Shown: positions 25,940 through 39,354 of the stretch, piece by piece
Layout: every line of letters starts with the position of its first letter
Numbering within the stretch: the first letter of the stretch is position 1
Source: Haliotis rubra
Lineage: Eukaryota
Assembly: GCF_003918875.1 (NCBI RefSeq)
Contig: NW_025764892.1
Span: 930,001-994,000 of the forward strand
Reading direction: 5' to 3'
Length of the DNA stretch: 64,000 nucleotides
Translations under genes and position numbers: made by a program
The notes under the pieces: model-generated
Database searches by the model: none
Told to the model about the DNA's origin: nothing
Seen by the model: the letters and a program-made list of their open reading frames with translations, nothing else

Positions 25940-27162
25940 ATCAGACAGTATTTCCGTAAAAATGCCAAATTATAAATATAGTAGCACAGTACTTTTATCA
26001 GTGCACGATAAAATGCGGAAAGATTTATTGATTTTAACGCATAACAAAATTCGGGATAACATATAGCAGTGTCTATTTTTCAAACAGCCTAAATATTTGC
26101 ACTTGAGTTTACACTATGGGACAGGCGATTTATTATTCTAAATTTCTGTTTAATGTTTTAGCTGTAGGTAGATCCAATGCTGCGCAAACGAAATTCTGAC
26201 GCAACGTTCACTTTTCAAGGAAGTTGTAACGACGCTCTAATGATACCCCAAAACCTTCATAAAGTTAATGACGCGCTAATGACAACACGACGTCATTAAA
26301 ACCTTAGCACAACAGAATTTAATGACAGATCACTTAATGAACGTTTAATGGCACGTTAATGCTTCATTAAAGTTTCATACAACCGGGTCCTGATCATTAA
26401 TAAATTATTCTCTTTGTATTTTAAGAAAATTCATATTCACTTCATTCATTGTATGTTCTCAAATTATGTTCCTATGTTTCTGTTTTCCTTTTTTATCTAT
26501 ATTAGTGTGGAAATCAAACGTACGCAACAGTTTAAATTAGTAGTACTGATGAAGTACAGCAGTGAATTTGTAATTATATAATATATTATAGTGTACAAAA
26601 GGGTAATATACGTAATTACGTTTATACATTTATACGTTCAGCAAATCACAATTACATAAAATTGGTCTCGATTCTTGCGTTGTATATGTTATTGCATGTT
26701 TGCAATCAAAGTGAATGTCGAAGAATGTGGTTCTTTTCAAATATATACTGTTGGTGTTTAATTCAATAGATCCAAACTACCCTTGACGAAATTAGTGTTC
26801 AAACAGTGTACACATTTATTTGGCGAGGTAACTATACTATACACGCAAAACCGTTAGCGCACATAGCACTTGTTTTATTCAGCTGCTCATATATTGCTAC
26901 GTTCACAGTATTCTCATCAATAATAAGCTTTATTTGTATATACGTTGCACTCATTAAATAACATGCCGCTTGGTATATGGTGTTTGGCAATTTACCGTAG
27001 TCTACATCTAAAAGAAATTGTCATATAATTCAACCTGCAGTTTAAATTTTATATTAATATTGGAAAGTGCATTCTTATTTTTCTGATTAAGTCATGTTGG
27101 TTAAACTAAAAAAATGTCTATCAGTTACATTCTTCATAAATATCAAAGATCATATAAGATTG

Positions 27163-27546
27163 GAGAGAATCACAGTCAAGCATGTCCTGCTTGGCTGTAT
27201 TCATTTTTTCCATCCTGTTTCAAAGTTTCATCAATGAAGGATCTTTTTAATGTAAGTTTGCTTTTAATTATTGGGGTTTATTTAAAAGAAATTGATTTAC
27301 TAACCTTACACAAATTTTGATTGATATGTTTCGTATAGAATGTTTATATGGTTTTGTGCTGTTGACATATTGTTTTATGGTTACATGGTAGTTTTAAGTT
27401 TACATATGTGATACTCTAGGCATTTAATTGTCCTTCGTTGACAGATATTTATATTGCCTGAGTTTATTTTTGATATTCAACATTCATAGTCACGATATGG
27501 CTGAAATACTGCCGATGTGACTTTAAATTGTAACTCACTCACTCAC
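27163..27546 (+). mobile_element. 5'-truncated, internally deleted I-group LINE copy
   Basis: Begins with ERITVKHVLL codons and ends in the ACTC tail; TSD tcatataagattg (27150-27162 / 27547-27559). Confidence 0.85.
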
Positions 27547-28655
27547 TCATATAAGATTGCTTTAATAACTGGTAACATATATGTTAATATAAGTGTGGTC
27601 TTATTATTCGTATTAAGTTGTATCCTTCTTAGTCGTAAATCCTATATCATTACGTTCTTCATAAATATACAAAATTATGTAAGATTATGTAGGTAATTTG
27701 TAGCACAGGTAGTAGGTTTCTTATTGAAGATTAAACATGTTTTCAATCCATTGTCCTCAGTTGCTCTGTATCAAAAGTATTTTTATTTTCAGCATAGTGT
27801 AAGGTGCTATCCAAGGTTGTAATTTTGCTGATGTTTTATTATGAAATGTAAAGACATGAGATCCATCGAATAAAGACTGGCCATTAATAGATGCTTCTCT
27901 TGGTTATTTTAACGCGTGAGTTCCCATGCTAATTCCCCGAAACACCATGGCCATTACATTCAGTGATATCTACAGCGTGTCTAATAGTCAATGACCTCTC
28001 ACATTCTACTGATCTGAATCACACATAAATCGTGAATACTGTAGATCATGCAATCTGTGATATGCGATCACTCTAACCGCATTTTCAAAAGACACACATC
28101 GTAGTGTTAATATGCATGCGAAATAGAAACAGAAATACATTATAGAGGTTTGCTCGAAACCATTCAATTTGATCATTCAGAAAATGGTCACTCGGGAATT
28201 TTTCCATAATTAACCAGTGCTTCTTGGGAATCCTTTTTTGAAGAACCCACATTCGATAGCTACTTAACTTAGCGATAAATGAATGAGGTTTCTCGAGAGA
28301 TATCTAATCTCCAAAGTCACATAAATGCCATAGATGTTATAGAAATAAGTTCTTGCCCGTAAAGTTAATTACCGGAAATAAAGTACAAACTAAACCACAT
28401 TAACAAAATGATGTCACATAAAATTATCATATTAAAAAAATGATAAAACTTTCATGATTGGTTTGTAAACAGAACTATGGACACATGAATGATCGGATTC
28501 TTTACAGCATAATATGCATGATACTCAGAAAAGTTCCATCTCATGTCAGTAGACGTCCTGGTCGATCGTCATGGAAAATGTACAGTAGCATTTTGTAGCA
28601 GGCGTGGAGTCATCCCTATCAGTTTGCTGACGGGGTTAACCTCTTTGGTCATGAG

Positions 28656-28824
28656 GGGGCGGTGGGGTAGCCTAGTGGTTAAAGCGTTGGCTCGTCACGC
28701 CGAAGACCCGGGTTCGAATCCCCACATGGGTACAATGTGTGAAGCCCATTTCTGGTGTCCCCTCCCTTGATGTTGCTGGAATATTGCTAAAAGTGGCGTA
28801 AAACCAAATCAGTCAGTCAGTCAG
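28656..28824 (+). mobile_element. SINE family A, full length, (CAGT)n tail
   Basis: A and B boxes; TSD tctttggtcatgag. Confidence 0.92.
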
Positions 28825-29068
28825 TCTTTGGTCATGAGCATAAGGCGGATTGTTCGAATTCCAGTACGAGACTCGGGTATTTTATGGCCGCTACAAGTTG
28901 AAAGGGAGACTACTCGGTGATGAATTATAGTGTACACGTATGACCACAAGATCTATCAGACAAAATATACGAATAGAGAGGACATTGAATCCATTTTCAA
29001 TTACATGTACATATTTGGAGATTAATTGATAAAATATATTTTACGGGGAAAACGGGTTGATCGAATAT

Positions 29069-29264
29069 TGAACAAAAGTTATGGATAACAACTTTTTATT
29101 CCATGAGTGCGACGTATCGATACAGAATCTTGTACCATAGTCATTCCTGTTCGACAACGGTACAAGAATATGTATCGAAACGTCGCACCCACGGAATGAA
29201 GAACTTTTTGTTATCCATAAAGTTTGTTCAGCATGATACGTCCCAACTTCTAAAATGCCACTCA
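29069..29264. mobile_element. Penelope-like inverted terminal structure (about 67-bp arms, 22-nt spacer)
   Basis: Imperfect long hairpin, homologous to 40136-40546; contains the ...gtatcgaaacgtcgc... motif. Confidence 0.6.
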
Positions 29265-30189
29265 GACAAAGATTGATAGAAAAATTGTTCTAAACTCCCT
29301 CCACTGACATGTATCCGTGAAATGCTAATTAATGGATTATTGCAGTATTTAGCCTATGGATAGGCCACGACTTCTTTGTTGATATGTAATAACTGCCATT
29401 ATATCCCCTGTTGTCCACACACCTGCCGCGGCTAGCTTTGATATTTCTCTCTTGAGTGAATGCTCTGTGTTGATATACCAAATTGTACGGATGCAGCCAA
29501 TCAAAATCCACATCAAAATTTGCACTTACATTGGTAAGCCAAAATGACGACTCCTACTCACGTCGGTAACTTCAACCTTTCGGTATCCAATCTGTCAATA
29601 ATAACCATGGAACATTGCTACATAGAATAATCCTGTAATTGTGCGTTTTGACATTTCCATCGGTGTACGTCTCCACGTTAACGTTTTTCCGGTGATATTT
29701 GAAACGGTAGGTGACAGATGAATTTAGATGAGCTTACGTCCATTACTTACCTAAGAACACCATGCACACAAATACACTTCACAAGTTTGGATTCTGCGGG
29801 AAAGTATTTATGATGTAATGTCATGAACAGTTATTGTAAGCAAATCAAAAGTTAACGGAAAAAGAAACGGAAATCAACAAAATACACGCACTTGATAAAG
29901 GGTATTAATATGGAGTATTACATTTTAAGAATCTAGGAGTTATTCCTTTTCCGCGTGCAAATAAAGTGATATTACTGGATGTTATTTGACAAATCAAACA
30001 GCCGTAAAATGTATGAGACCCGTGCTGGGTGGGCGAACCTTCTATTCGAAGTCGGACGCCTTGTCCACATGACCAAAGAGGGCGTCTGCCGTCAAGCTGA
30101 CAAGGTAAGGATGTCGATGGAATTAAACCCACCAAATGACGTCAATTTCTAACTGATTATGTCTCATGTGGGCGAATTTTCAGAATTGT

Positions 30190-30348
30190 CGGTGCGGTTT
30201 AGTAGCCTAGTGGTTAAGTCGTTGACTCGTCACGCCGAAAACCCGGGTTGGATTTCCCACATGGGTACAATGTGTGAAGCCCATTTCTGGTGTTTCCTGC
30301 CGTGATATTGCTGGAATATTGCTAAAAGCGGCGTAAAACTAAACTCAG
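30190..30348 (+). mobile_element. SINE family A
   Basis: Matches the family consensus. Confidence 0.88.
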
Positions 30349-31112
30349 AACTCAGAACACTTTTCAACACGCACACTGTTATCTGTGAACATGTTGTATT
30401 GCTTGACTTTAGGTTAGATGTAGTGGTTTCAAATTCGTCACTATCGTACATGTTTGATATATTGCTAAATGCGGCTGAGTAAATAAACAACAGTTCAGTT
30501 TCATCCTTCAGTTGTAATTTCAATCTCTGTTTTTATCCATTTAATGTCACTACATTTTGTTTATGATCGTTTGATGTGAAAGCCTGGGTATAAAAAGACA
30601 ATAGCTTGTGTGGGAACATTTGGGCTACACATCAACAAAGTACAATACAGAATGTATTGTTATAAGCCATGGTACATGTTCAGCGGGAATATGGAGTAGC
30701 AAGCTCTTACATTTAGGAATCAAGGAGTTATCCCGCTTTTCCACGTGCAAGTGCTGTCATATTTCCACTGCGAGGTTACCGCCGGGTGTTATTTGGCAAG
30801 ATTGAGGTTGCTGTTGCTGTAGTTATAGCGCAATGTTCCTCACAGGCGATGGTTTGTTAGTGTAATTGTTTTGTAATAACCATAGATCAGTGTTTTACTT
30901 CACTCGGAAAGCCGGGGCCCCTTCACATCATGTATAGTATTGAAATATATCGATATGTATTGAGTTTACCCGCGTACACAAAGCCACCTATTCAGACTGC
31001 CGTCATTGATGTGTAAGAATATACGCGGACGTCAGAGGAAACAGCTGTTAACGAAAGTATGGATAAACGATCTCCCTGAAGTACACCTTCCCGCAAGATT
31101 GCACACACCACG

Positions 31113-34100
31113 ATGAGGTGGCTTTTCTTGTTGGTTTGTGTGTTAACATTAACTGTCCTTGCTTACGGAAACACGTCAACAGACACAGGTAAGCATTCTA
31201 CAAACTACACCTGGGATCTAAGCTATTGGGTGGATCAGTTTTATCAATGCTATTGTAATTAAGTGATAACAAAAATCTACGATGTGTGCGCCCATTATTC
31301 ACCTCACACCATCCCGTAGTTGTTGTTATTTATCAAATGTCTAATATTTCTTAGTTAATGTCTGATATTCTTTTGTATCTTGATAGTATTACCTGGACAT
31401 TTTCATTTCGTAAAAGATCGCGTACGGCTTCTATTATTGTGTGATTTCGTCTGTCTGTGTAGCTGTAGCTGTTAAATAACAGGGGCGGTGGGGTAGCCTA
31501 GTGGTGAAAGCGTTGGCTCGTCACGCCAAAGACCCTGGTTCGAATCCCCACATGGGTACAATGTGTGAAGACCATTTCAGGTGTCCCCCCGCCGTGATGT
31601 TGCTGAAGTATTGCTAAAAGCGGCGTAAAACTAAACTCAGTCAGTCAGTCAGTTAAATAACAATGCTATTAAAACAAAAACTGTTCGTTGAAAATTATAT
31701 TGTTCACGGTTAACGCTTTCAGTCACATTAATCTTGAAATAATGAAATTCCAATCCCTCACATATTCGCATAATATATACAGAACTACTTCACCTGTATT
31801 GATTGATCATAATCAAATTTCAATGTTCACTTCAGTACGGTGTTATATTTCTTAGCCCAGGACGTCTCTATTCGAAGTACGTAAACAACAGCTGGATTGA
31901 ATGACTTATTAAGCTCTCGCGAAAACAAACAAGCTTATAAAGATTCCAATTCATTTATTTGGCTATAAATTCCCATTTAAAATCTAATCTGAAATTTGTT
32001 TTGATAATTGCTGTAACTGTTTACAGCCGTTCTCAAATGATCAGTTCTGTTTGATAGTCTATAGGGTGTTTATAACAACCTACTTATATGGACTAAGTTA
32101 AAGGCCACATTATAATGGGACGATCTTAGACCTTGTATTTACATAAAGTCGCAAGTAAATCTTACCTTTTATCGCCATGTGTGGTAACTTTGGGGCAGCT
32201 GAAGTATATGTCTTTAAATATTTTCTCCTGTTACAGCATTAAAATATGGTCTAAACGGGTACTGTATTAAGACTTAACAAATTAATTTGCCAGTTTGTGC
32301 AGTGCCTATTCGTGAGGATGTTTGCGTTCTAATGAAGTAAAGCTAACAGCTAAGCTAAGAGATGTTAAGATGTGTTCAAGCAATAAAATACCGTATTATT
32401 CCTTGCCCTGCAGTGTCTGCAGTATGTGGACAAGTTCTCTTGAGGAATAGTATATTATCATGCGTTAAATGTGAATACATAATATGCGACAACACCATTA
32501 TACATTTGATTGTAACATTTATTCTGTTCACATCAGGTTGTCCTGAAGGCAAAAAAGAAGGCGATATATGGACAACCCATGGCGAAACGGAATGTGAGAC
32601 ATGCAGGTGTGAAGAAGCCCTCACGGTCTGCAAAGAGTAAGGTCATACATGTATATCAATGATCATCATTAAGATCCCAGCGATGGCTATAAGCTGGTTT
32701 TCCTATTACGTCAACGACGCGATCTCGTTTAGTCTTCACAGTAACAAACGAACCATCCCGTTTAGTCTTCACAGGAACAAACGAACCATCCCGTCTAGTC
32801 TTCACAGTAACAAATGGACCACCCCGTTTAGTCTTCACAGTAACAAACGAACCACCCCGTTAGTCTTCACAGTAACAAACGAACCACCCCGTTAGTCTTC
32901 ACAGTAACAAACGAACCACCCCGTTTAGTCTTCACAGTAACAAACGAACCACCCCGTTTAGTCTTCACAGTAACAAACGAACGATCCCGCTTAGTCTTCA
33001 TGGATACATTCGAACTGACATAGACGCGATCATGTTAAGTGTCCAAAGTAACAAACGACCTGACATAGACGCAATCATGTTAAGTATCCAAAGTAACAAA
33101 CGACCTGACATAGACGCGATCATGTTAAGTGTCCAAAGTAACAAACGACCTGACATAGACGCGATCATGTCAAGTATCCAAAGTAACAAACGACCTGACA
33201 TAGACGCGATCATGTTAAGTATCCAAAGTAACAAACGACCTGACATAGACGCGATCCACGAGAGGAACCACGGAAAGGAATACTGTGTACGGGGATAAGG
33301 AGTGAACCATGGACGGGTACACTGTGTACAGGGATAAGGAGTGAACCATGGACGGGTATACTGTGTACGGGGATAAGGAGTGAACCATGGACGGGTGTAC
33401 TGTGTACGGGGGTAGGCAGTGAACCATGGACGGGTATACTGTGTACGGGGATAAGGAGTGAACCATGGACGGGTATACTGTGTACGGGGATAAGGAGTGA
33501 ACCATGGTCGAGTATACTGTGTACGGGGATAGGGAGTGAACAATGGACGGGTGTACTGTGAACGGGGATAAGGAGTGAACCATGGACGGGTGTACTGTGT
33601 ACGGGGATAAGGAGTGAACCATGGACGGGTATACTGTGTACGGGGATAAGGAGTGAACCATGGACGGGTGTACTGTGTACGGGGATAAGGTAGTGAACCA
33701 TGGACGGGTATACTGTGTACGGGGTAGGTAGTGAACCATGGACGGGTATACTGTGTACGGGGGTAGGTAGTGAACCATGGACGGGTATACTGTGTACGGG
33801 GATAGGGAGTGAACCATGGACGGGTGTACTGTGTACGGGGATAAGAGTGAAGTGAACCATGGACGGGTGTACTGTGTACGGGGATAAGGAGTGAACCATG
33901 GACGGGTGTACATGGAAGGATATGTGTGACTATGGAGGGTAGAACCATGGAGGGAGGGTAGGAAGTGAACCATGGAAGGGGGTGTACTGTGTTAACCATG
34001 GAAAGGGTATGCTGTGTACAGGGGTAAGGAGTGAACCATGGACGGGTGTACTGTGTACGGGGATAGGGAGGTGAACCATGGAAGGGTATACTGTGTACGG

Positions 34101-36711
34101 GGATAGGGGAGTGAACCATGGAAGGGTGTACTGTGTACAGGGATAAGGAGTGAACCATGGAGGGTGTACTGTGTACGGGGTTAAGGAGTGAACCATGGAC
34201 GGGTGTACTGTGTACAGGGGTAGGAGTGAACCATGGAGGGTGTACTGTGTGCGGGTGTAGGGAGTGAACCATGGACGGGTATACTGTGTACAGGGGTAGG
34301 GAGTGAACCATGGAAGGGTGTACTGTGTGCGGTAGTAGGGAATACTCCATGGAAGGGTGTACTGTGTACGGGGGTAGGGAGTGAACCTCTGAAGGGTGTG
34401 TTGTGTACGATGGTGTACTGTGTACAGGGGGTAGGGAGTGAACCATGGAAGGGTGTACTGTGTACGGGGGTAGGGAGTGAACCTCTGAAGGGTGTACTGT
34501 CTGCGGGGGTAGGGAGTTCTCCATGGAAGGGTGTACTGTGTACGGGGGTAGGGAGTGAACCTCTGAAGGGTGTACTGTGTACGATGGGGGAGGGGAACCA
34601 TTTACAGGGGTATACTCCATGGAAGGGTGTGTGTGTGTACGGGGTAGGAGTGAACCGCTGAAGGGTGTACTGTGGACGGGAGTAGGGAGTTCTCCATGGA
34701 AGGGTGTACTGTGTAGGGGGGAGGGAGTGAAGGGAGTTCTCCATGGAAGGGTGTACTGTGTACGGGGTAGGGAGTGAACCTCGGAAGGGTGTACTGTCTG
34801 CGGGGGTAGGGAGTTCTCCATGGAAGGGTGTACTGTGTGCGGGGGTAGGGAGTGAACCTCTGAAGGGTGTACTGTCTGCGGGGGTAGGGAGTTCTCCATG
34901 GAAGGGTGTACTGTGTACGGGGGTAGGGAGTGAACCTCTGAAGGGTGTACTGTCTCCATACAGGGTGGTGGTAGGGAGTGAACCTCTGAAGGGTGTACTG
35001 TGTGCGGGGATAGGGGAGTTCTCCATGGGAAGGGTGTACTGTGTACAGGGGTAGGGTGTGAACCATGGCAGGGGTAGTATACTGGGCACAGGGGTAGGGA
35101 GTGAACCATGGAAGGGTGTACTGTGTACAGGGGTAGGAAGTGAACCTCTGAAGGGTGTACTGTGTACGGGGGTAGGGAGTTGAACCATGGAAGGGTGTAC
35201 TGTGTACGGGGGTAGGAAGTGAACCTCTGAAGGGTGAACTGTGTACAGGGGTAGGGAGTTCTCCATGGAAGGGTGTGAACCTCTGAAGGGTGTGTTGTGT
35301 ACGATGGGGGAGGGGTGTTTACAGGGGAGGGAGTTCTCCATGGAAGGGGGTGTGTTGTGTACAGGGTAGGGGGTGAAGGGTGTACTGGTAGGGAGTTCTC
35401 CATGGAAGGGTGTGTTGTGTACAGGGGTAGGGAGTGAACCTCTGAAGGGTGTACTGTCTGCGGGAGTAGGGAATTCTCCATGGAAGGGTGTACTGTGTAC
35501 GGGGATAGGGAGTTCTCCATGGAAGGGTGTACTATCTGAAGGGTGTCTGCGGGGGTAGGGAGTTCTCCACAGAAAGGTGTGCTGTGTACGGGGGATAGGA
35601 GGTGAACCACAAAAGGGTGTACTGTAGTGTAGTGTGTACAATGGCTGGGAGTGAACCACCTAAGGTTGTTCTTTGTTCGGAGGCTGGGACTGCTCCGCTT
35701 TGTCGTCATCAAGACTATGACACTGGATCAGGTAAACCAGCGATCGATAGCACGATCATCACCGGGCCTAATAAACGGCAATCACTGGGTACCGGAAACA
35801 TGTTCGTTCCAGTTCGCTATATGTAGGTTTACATCCATCTTAATCTGTTACATTTTAACAAAGCCGCATTGTTGTTGTATAAAAATCTGCAGACATTATG
35901 AAACCTAAATGGGTATTAAAGGTTCAAGAATACAACACGTATGCTTTCAATGATGAGGAACAAATAGACTCTTATCCAATGTATTATTTGTTCTTCGGAT
36001 TATTTTATTATACTTCAGTTTGAGAACTGCAAAGATGGTCCTGCTTACCAACAAATTCAAATGACTTAAAGGGAGAGGTTGTCCCATCTGTTCCACGGTT
36101 ATGAAAACAAACGAGTCAAACTGCATAAACCCTGAAAATACTTGCCTTTCATTGTCTGCATTATAGATCACGACCTGGATCTGTCAGATGTATTGTTTCA
36201 CTTGCATGTGTATATGACGGATGCCCCCGGTGGAGCAGGATACGCTCACCTTTTCGCGAAGACCTGTTATCATTACTTGTATATAATGAATCATAAACAC
36301 TTGTCCATGATGTAGTCGGAAAAGAAAATCGACCCTGCTTTTGACAGAGATTTCTTGTGGATCTGGGAATGTTTTGTATTTATAATTGTTTTTAATTTCT
36401 GTTTTGTCACGGCCGAAACCTCTCAAACAAATCAAACCGAATGTCTTTCTATTCCTGTATTTCTCAACAGTTGTCTGGAAATGCTAGACCCCTACAGTTT
36501 GATCCCAGGGTGCTACCTCAAGGAGACCCAAGTCAAAGATGGCGAATACCCCTCGTGCTGTAAGATGGACCGAAACATCTGTCCCGACGACAAGGACTTC
36601 AAGCAGTCTGAACTGGAGGCGTTTCAGAGCCAGCAGATGGTAGACATTGCCCAACAGGAGGAAGAAGAAGTAGACGGTGACTTGCTGGGGACAATGCAGC
36701 GTGACTTGTAA
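31113..36711 (+). CDS. Secreted single-domain von Willebrand factor type C (SVWC; Vago/granularin/La1-like) protein, 138 aa, with an acidic C-terminal tail
   Basis: Exons 31113-31188, 32537-32636, 36471-36711 (GT-AG, phases 1 and 2, 417 nt): MRWLFLLVCVLTLTVLAYGNTSTDTGCPEGKKEGDIWTTHGETECETCRCEEALTVCKDCLEMLDPYSLIPGCYLKETQVKDGEYPSCCKMDRNICPDDKDFKQSELEAFQSQQMVDIAQQEEEEVDGDLLGTMQRDL. G-x-x-W, CxxCxC and YPxCC hallmarks. Confidence 0.88.
31482..31651 (+). mobile_element. SINE family A, full length, (CAGT)n tail, in SVWC intron 1
   Basis: TSD gttaaataaca. Confidence 0.92.
32725..35660. repeat. Compound minisatellite: 33-bp units (32725-33000), 45-bp units (33016-33255), 39-40-bp G-rich units (33265-35660)
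   Basis: Units cgtttagtcttcacagtaacaaacgaaccaccc; gacatagacgcgatcatgttaagtgtccaaagtaacaaacgacct; ggagtgaaccatggacgggtatactgtgtacggggataa. Confidence 0.97.
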
Positions 36712-37467
36712 TTGAAACCTTCAAGAAAAGTTAACTTGATTGAATTCATGTATTGATTTTTATAGAAGTGAATATTAAAACGCAGTGGCAATGTACTCTT
36801 GTTATTTGATCTTGATCTTGATCATGTGCATCCACTAATATTACTACAAACAAGATCCTTTATAGGATTTGTTCTCCGCTTTCTCCGATCTTACTCTGAC
36901 AATACGAGTAAGTGAATCAGATAGTCAGATTCGATGACAAGGTTGATGAATGTCATATCTCGGACGCTGTTGAGAAACTTATATCATAACATTTTAGGTT
37001 TGAAATTTCGAAGATATTTAAATATCTTAATTTCCCATTTACAATGCGTGTCACTGATATTTGTATACGTATAATTAACATCAACATTTCCCCCGCAAGC
37101 ACATTACCTAAACATCAACAAACCACTGTGGTGTATGGTCCTCTTTGGTTTTCATCGGAACAATAACATCTTCATCTATTGCTGGTCTGGAAAGGATTAG
37201 ACACATTGAAATGGATGACAACTAGGCAACCAAAGCGACTCCTCATAGATTCATGCTCTACTGGGAGACGGCCTTTTCTGTAGACAAACTGAAGTCCGGA
37301 CAGATCTCTAAATGAATGTGTATAGAGTTTGGACAAACAATCGTACTGGAGTTTACAGCTAATATCACATTTATACGATTTCGTACAAAGTAAGAAGGCA
37401 CAATTTTCAAATGTCTTCCGCTTTAATGCCATACCCTGTCCCCGGCCTGGTACACTTTGCTGCTAGA

Positions 37468-37838
37468 AGGATGATGTAAGTCCCCATGGCCCCTAGTACA
37501 GTGATCTCCATTTATAAGTTTGAAATTATGAATAATGATCTATTTACTAATTGACACACTGATAAGTTATCAATCATAAAAATACCAATATCCCTAACTT
37601 ATTTTGTCCAGCATAGTTGCTGGCGATCTATAGCCCGGTGTTATATTGTATTGTTCAATATGACGGTATATTTGTTTCTGGTTACATGCTAGTTTTAAAT
37701 AACATCTGTGACATTATAGTTATTTCACAATCCTTTGATGACTGGATTTATAAAAATTGAATTCATTATGTATGCAGAATATTTCTGGTCACTGAAATAT
37801 CACCGATGTGACACTAAATTTAACCTCACTCACTCACT
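37468..37838 (+). mobile_element. Degenerate I-group LINE 3' UTR fragment
   Basis: gtaagtccccatggccctagtac..., gcgatctatagcc and the ACTC tail. Confidence 0.75.
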
Positions 37839-37972
37839 GGAATACTTTGAGGTCCTTCTGGAAGAGAGTTTGAATAGCTTGTATACAGTTAAAGCAAGCA
37901 CTCACTCACAGAAAGCTGGTGTGCGTTTTTCGACATGCTTCTCTTTCGATTTTGTCAACGTTAAGTTGACAA

Positions 37973-38127
37973 GGGCCGGTAAGGTAGCCTAGTGGTTCAA
38001 GTGTTCGCTCGTCAAACCGATTTCCAAAAAATGGGTAAAATGTGTCAATCCCAGTTCTGGTATCTCCCCGCCTTGATATTGCTCGAATATTGCTAAAAGC
38101 GGCGGAAACATATACTCATTCACCCAC
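37973..38127 (+). mobile_element. SINE family A, degenerate
   Basis: gtagcctagtggtt ... aatattgctaaaagcggc. Confidence 0.75.
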
Positions 38128-39354
38128 TATGTGTAAATCTCACAACTAAATATAAAGTGTGGCAGAAGGTATATCACACATGCATCATGTCATTCAGAAT
38201 TCAGAATCATTGTACCGATATCGTGAAGTCAGCATGACACACTCCGAGTGACGAGCTCTATATATGTACATTAATGCATGTCAATCTACCATCCGATATA
38301 CATTCATTGTCAGGTAGGAATTATGTGCATAGAACGGCGAGTCGGCGATGAACAGCGGTGAAACATTGTAAGGCATGCACTACATAGCACACTGTACAAG
38401 CAACATGGCCTTGAAGCGTACAGCAAAGTTTTAGTGTTAACGTTCATTGGATCATTGATGTATCCGAGACTCCCCTCCGAGAAGATGAATTAATATTTCC
38501 ATATGGACATACACCCTCACTTCTACCAGTTACAGTTACAGCTCACTTCACCGTGTCCTAAATGTTGTGCATAAACAAGCTCGACTATGGCTACTTGGGA
38601 AAATTGGTAGGTCAAGGGTCACGTGTTCTCCACGATTTCACCTAACAGACGAGGTGAAGGATACCGAGACTGACACTTGTGCCTCCTAACAGCTGATCAT
38701 ATCATCTCAAGTTTCACCATCGTTGCAGTGGGAGATATACTATAGGTAGGTGTTGTAAGGTGACATTCTGCAAAACGTTGAAACTGCACAGTGTTCGACG
38801 TTTGATTGGCATTTTAGAAGATGATATTTGATGAACATAGGGATTTTTTTTCTGGGTTACATCTTCTATGGTAGAGTTGCTGTTCAATATTCTTACTGCT
38901 TCATCTCCCATGTAGATGGCGAATTAGATGCTTGATTGGCATTTTAGAAGATGATATTTGATGAAGATGTAACCCAGAAAAAATCTCTATGTTCATGTAC
39001 AGTGTTCGTTGTATATAATTGTTGACGATTTCGTTAGGTTAAGGGTTGTGTCTACTGGGGGAGAAAGTATATTATATTTTAGGAAAATGTATATTTAATC
39101 ATATATCTAAATTTCCTTGCTATTACAAATTAGTTCATGCCTGGAGCTTGTAGATTCACGATTTTCTAGCACACATTGTCAGGAACTCAATAGGGTCAGT
39201 ACTATAGATGTCGCAGTAAATGTTCATCAAATATTCCACAACTGTTGATCAGCGCATCGATCGGTACATTCCCTGAAGTGACACAATACTGAAACCTATT
39301 TCTGTTTACAACATTATAACTGCTATTATGTGTACCTATATATTCAGGGAGTCT

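Noticed and set aside
22945-26392. Two similar ends (...acaaccgg.tcc.g at about 23045 and 26390) as one element
   Set aside because: They are in the same orientation with no matching inverted partner; probably separate MITE fragments.
28656-28730. tRNA gene call for SINE A heads
   Set aside because: A and B boxes are present, but the sequence continues into a conserved body and LINE-like tail with TSDs in many dispersed copies, so these are SINEs.
32725-35660. CRISPR-like appearance of the repeat arrays
   Set aside because: Units are contiguous with no unique spacers, there are no cas genes, and the context is eukaryotic.
32998-35712. 904-aa and other long repetitive ORFs
   Set aside because: They arise from stop-poor minisatellite units that are open in several frames on both strands, inside an intron of the SVWC gene.
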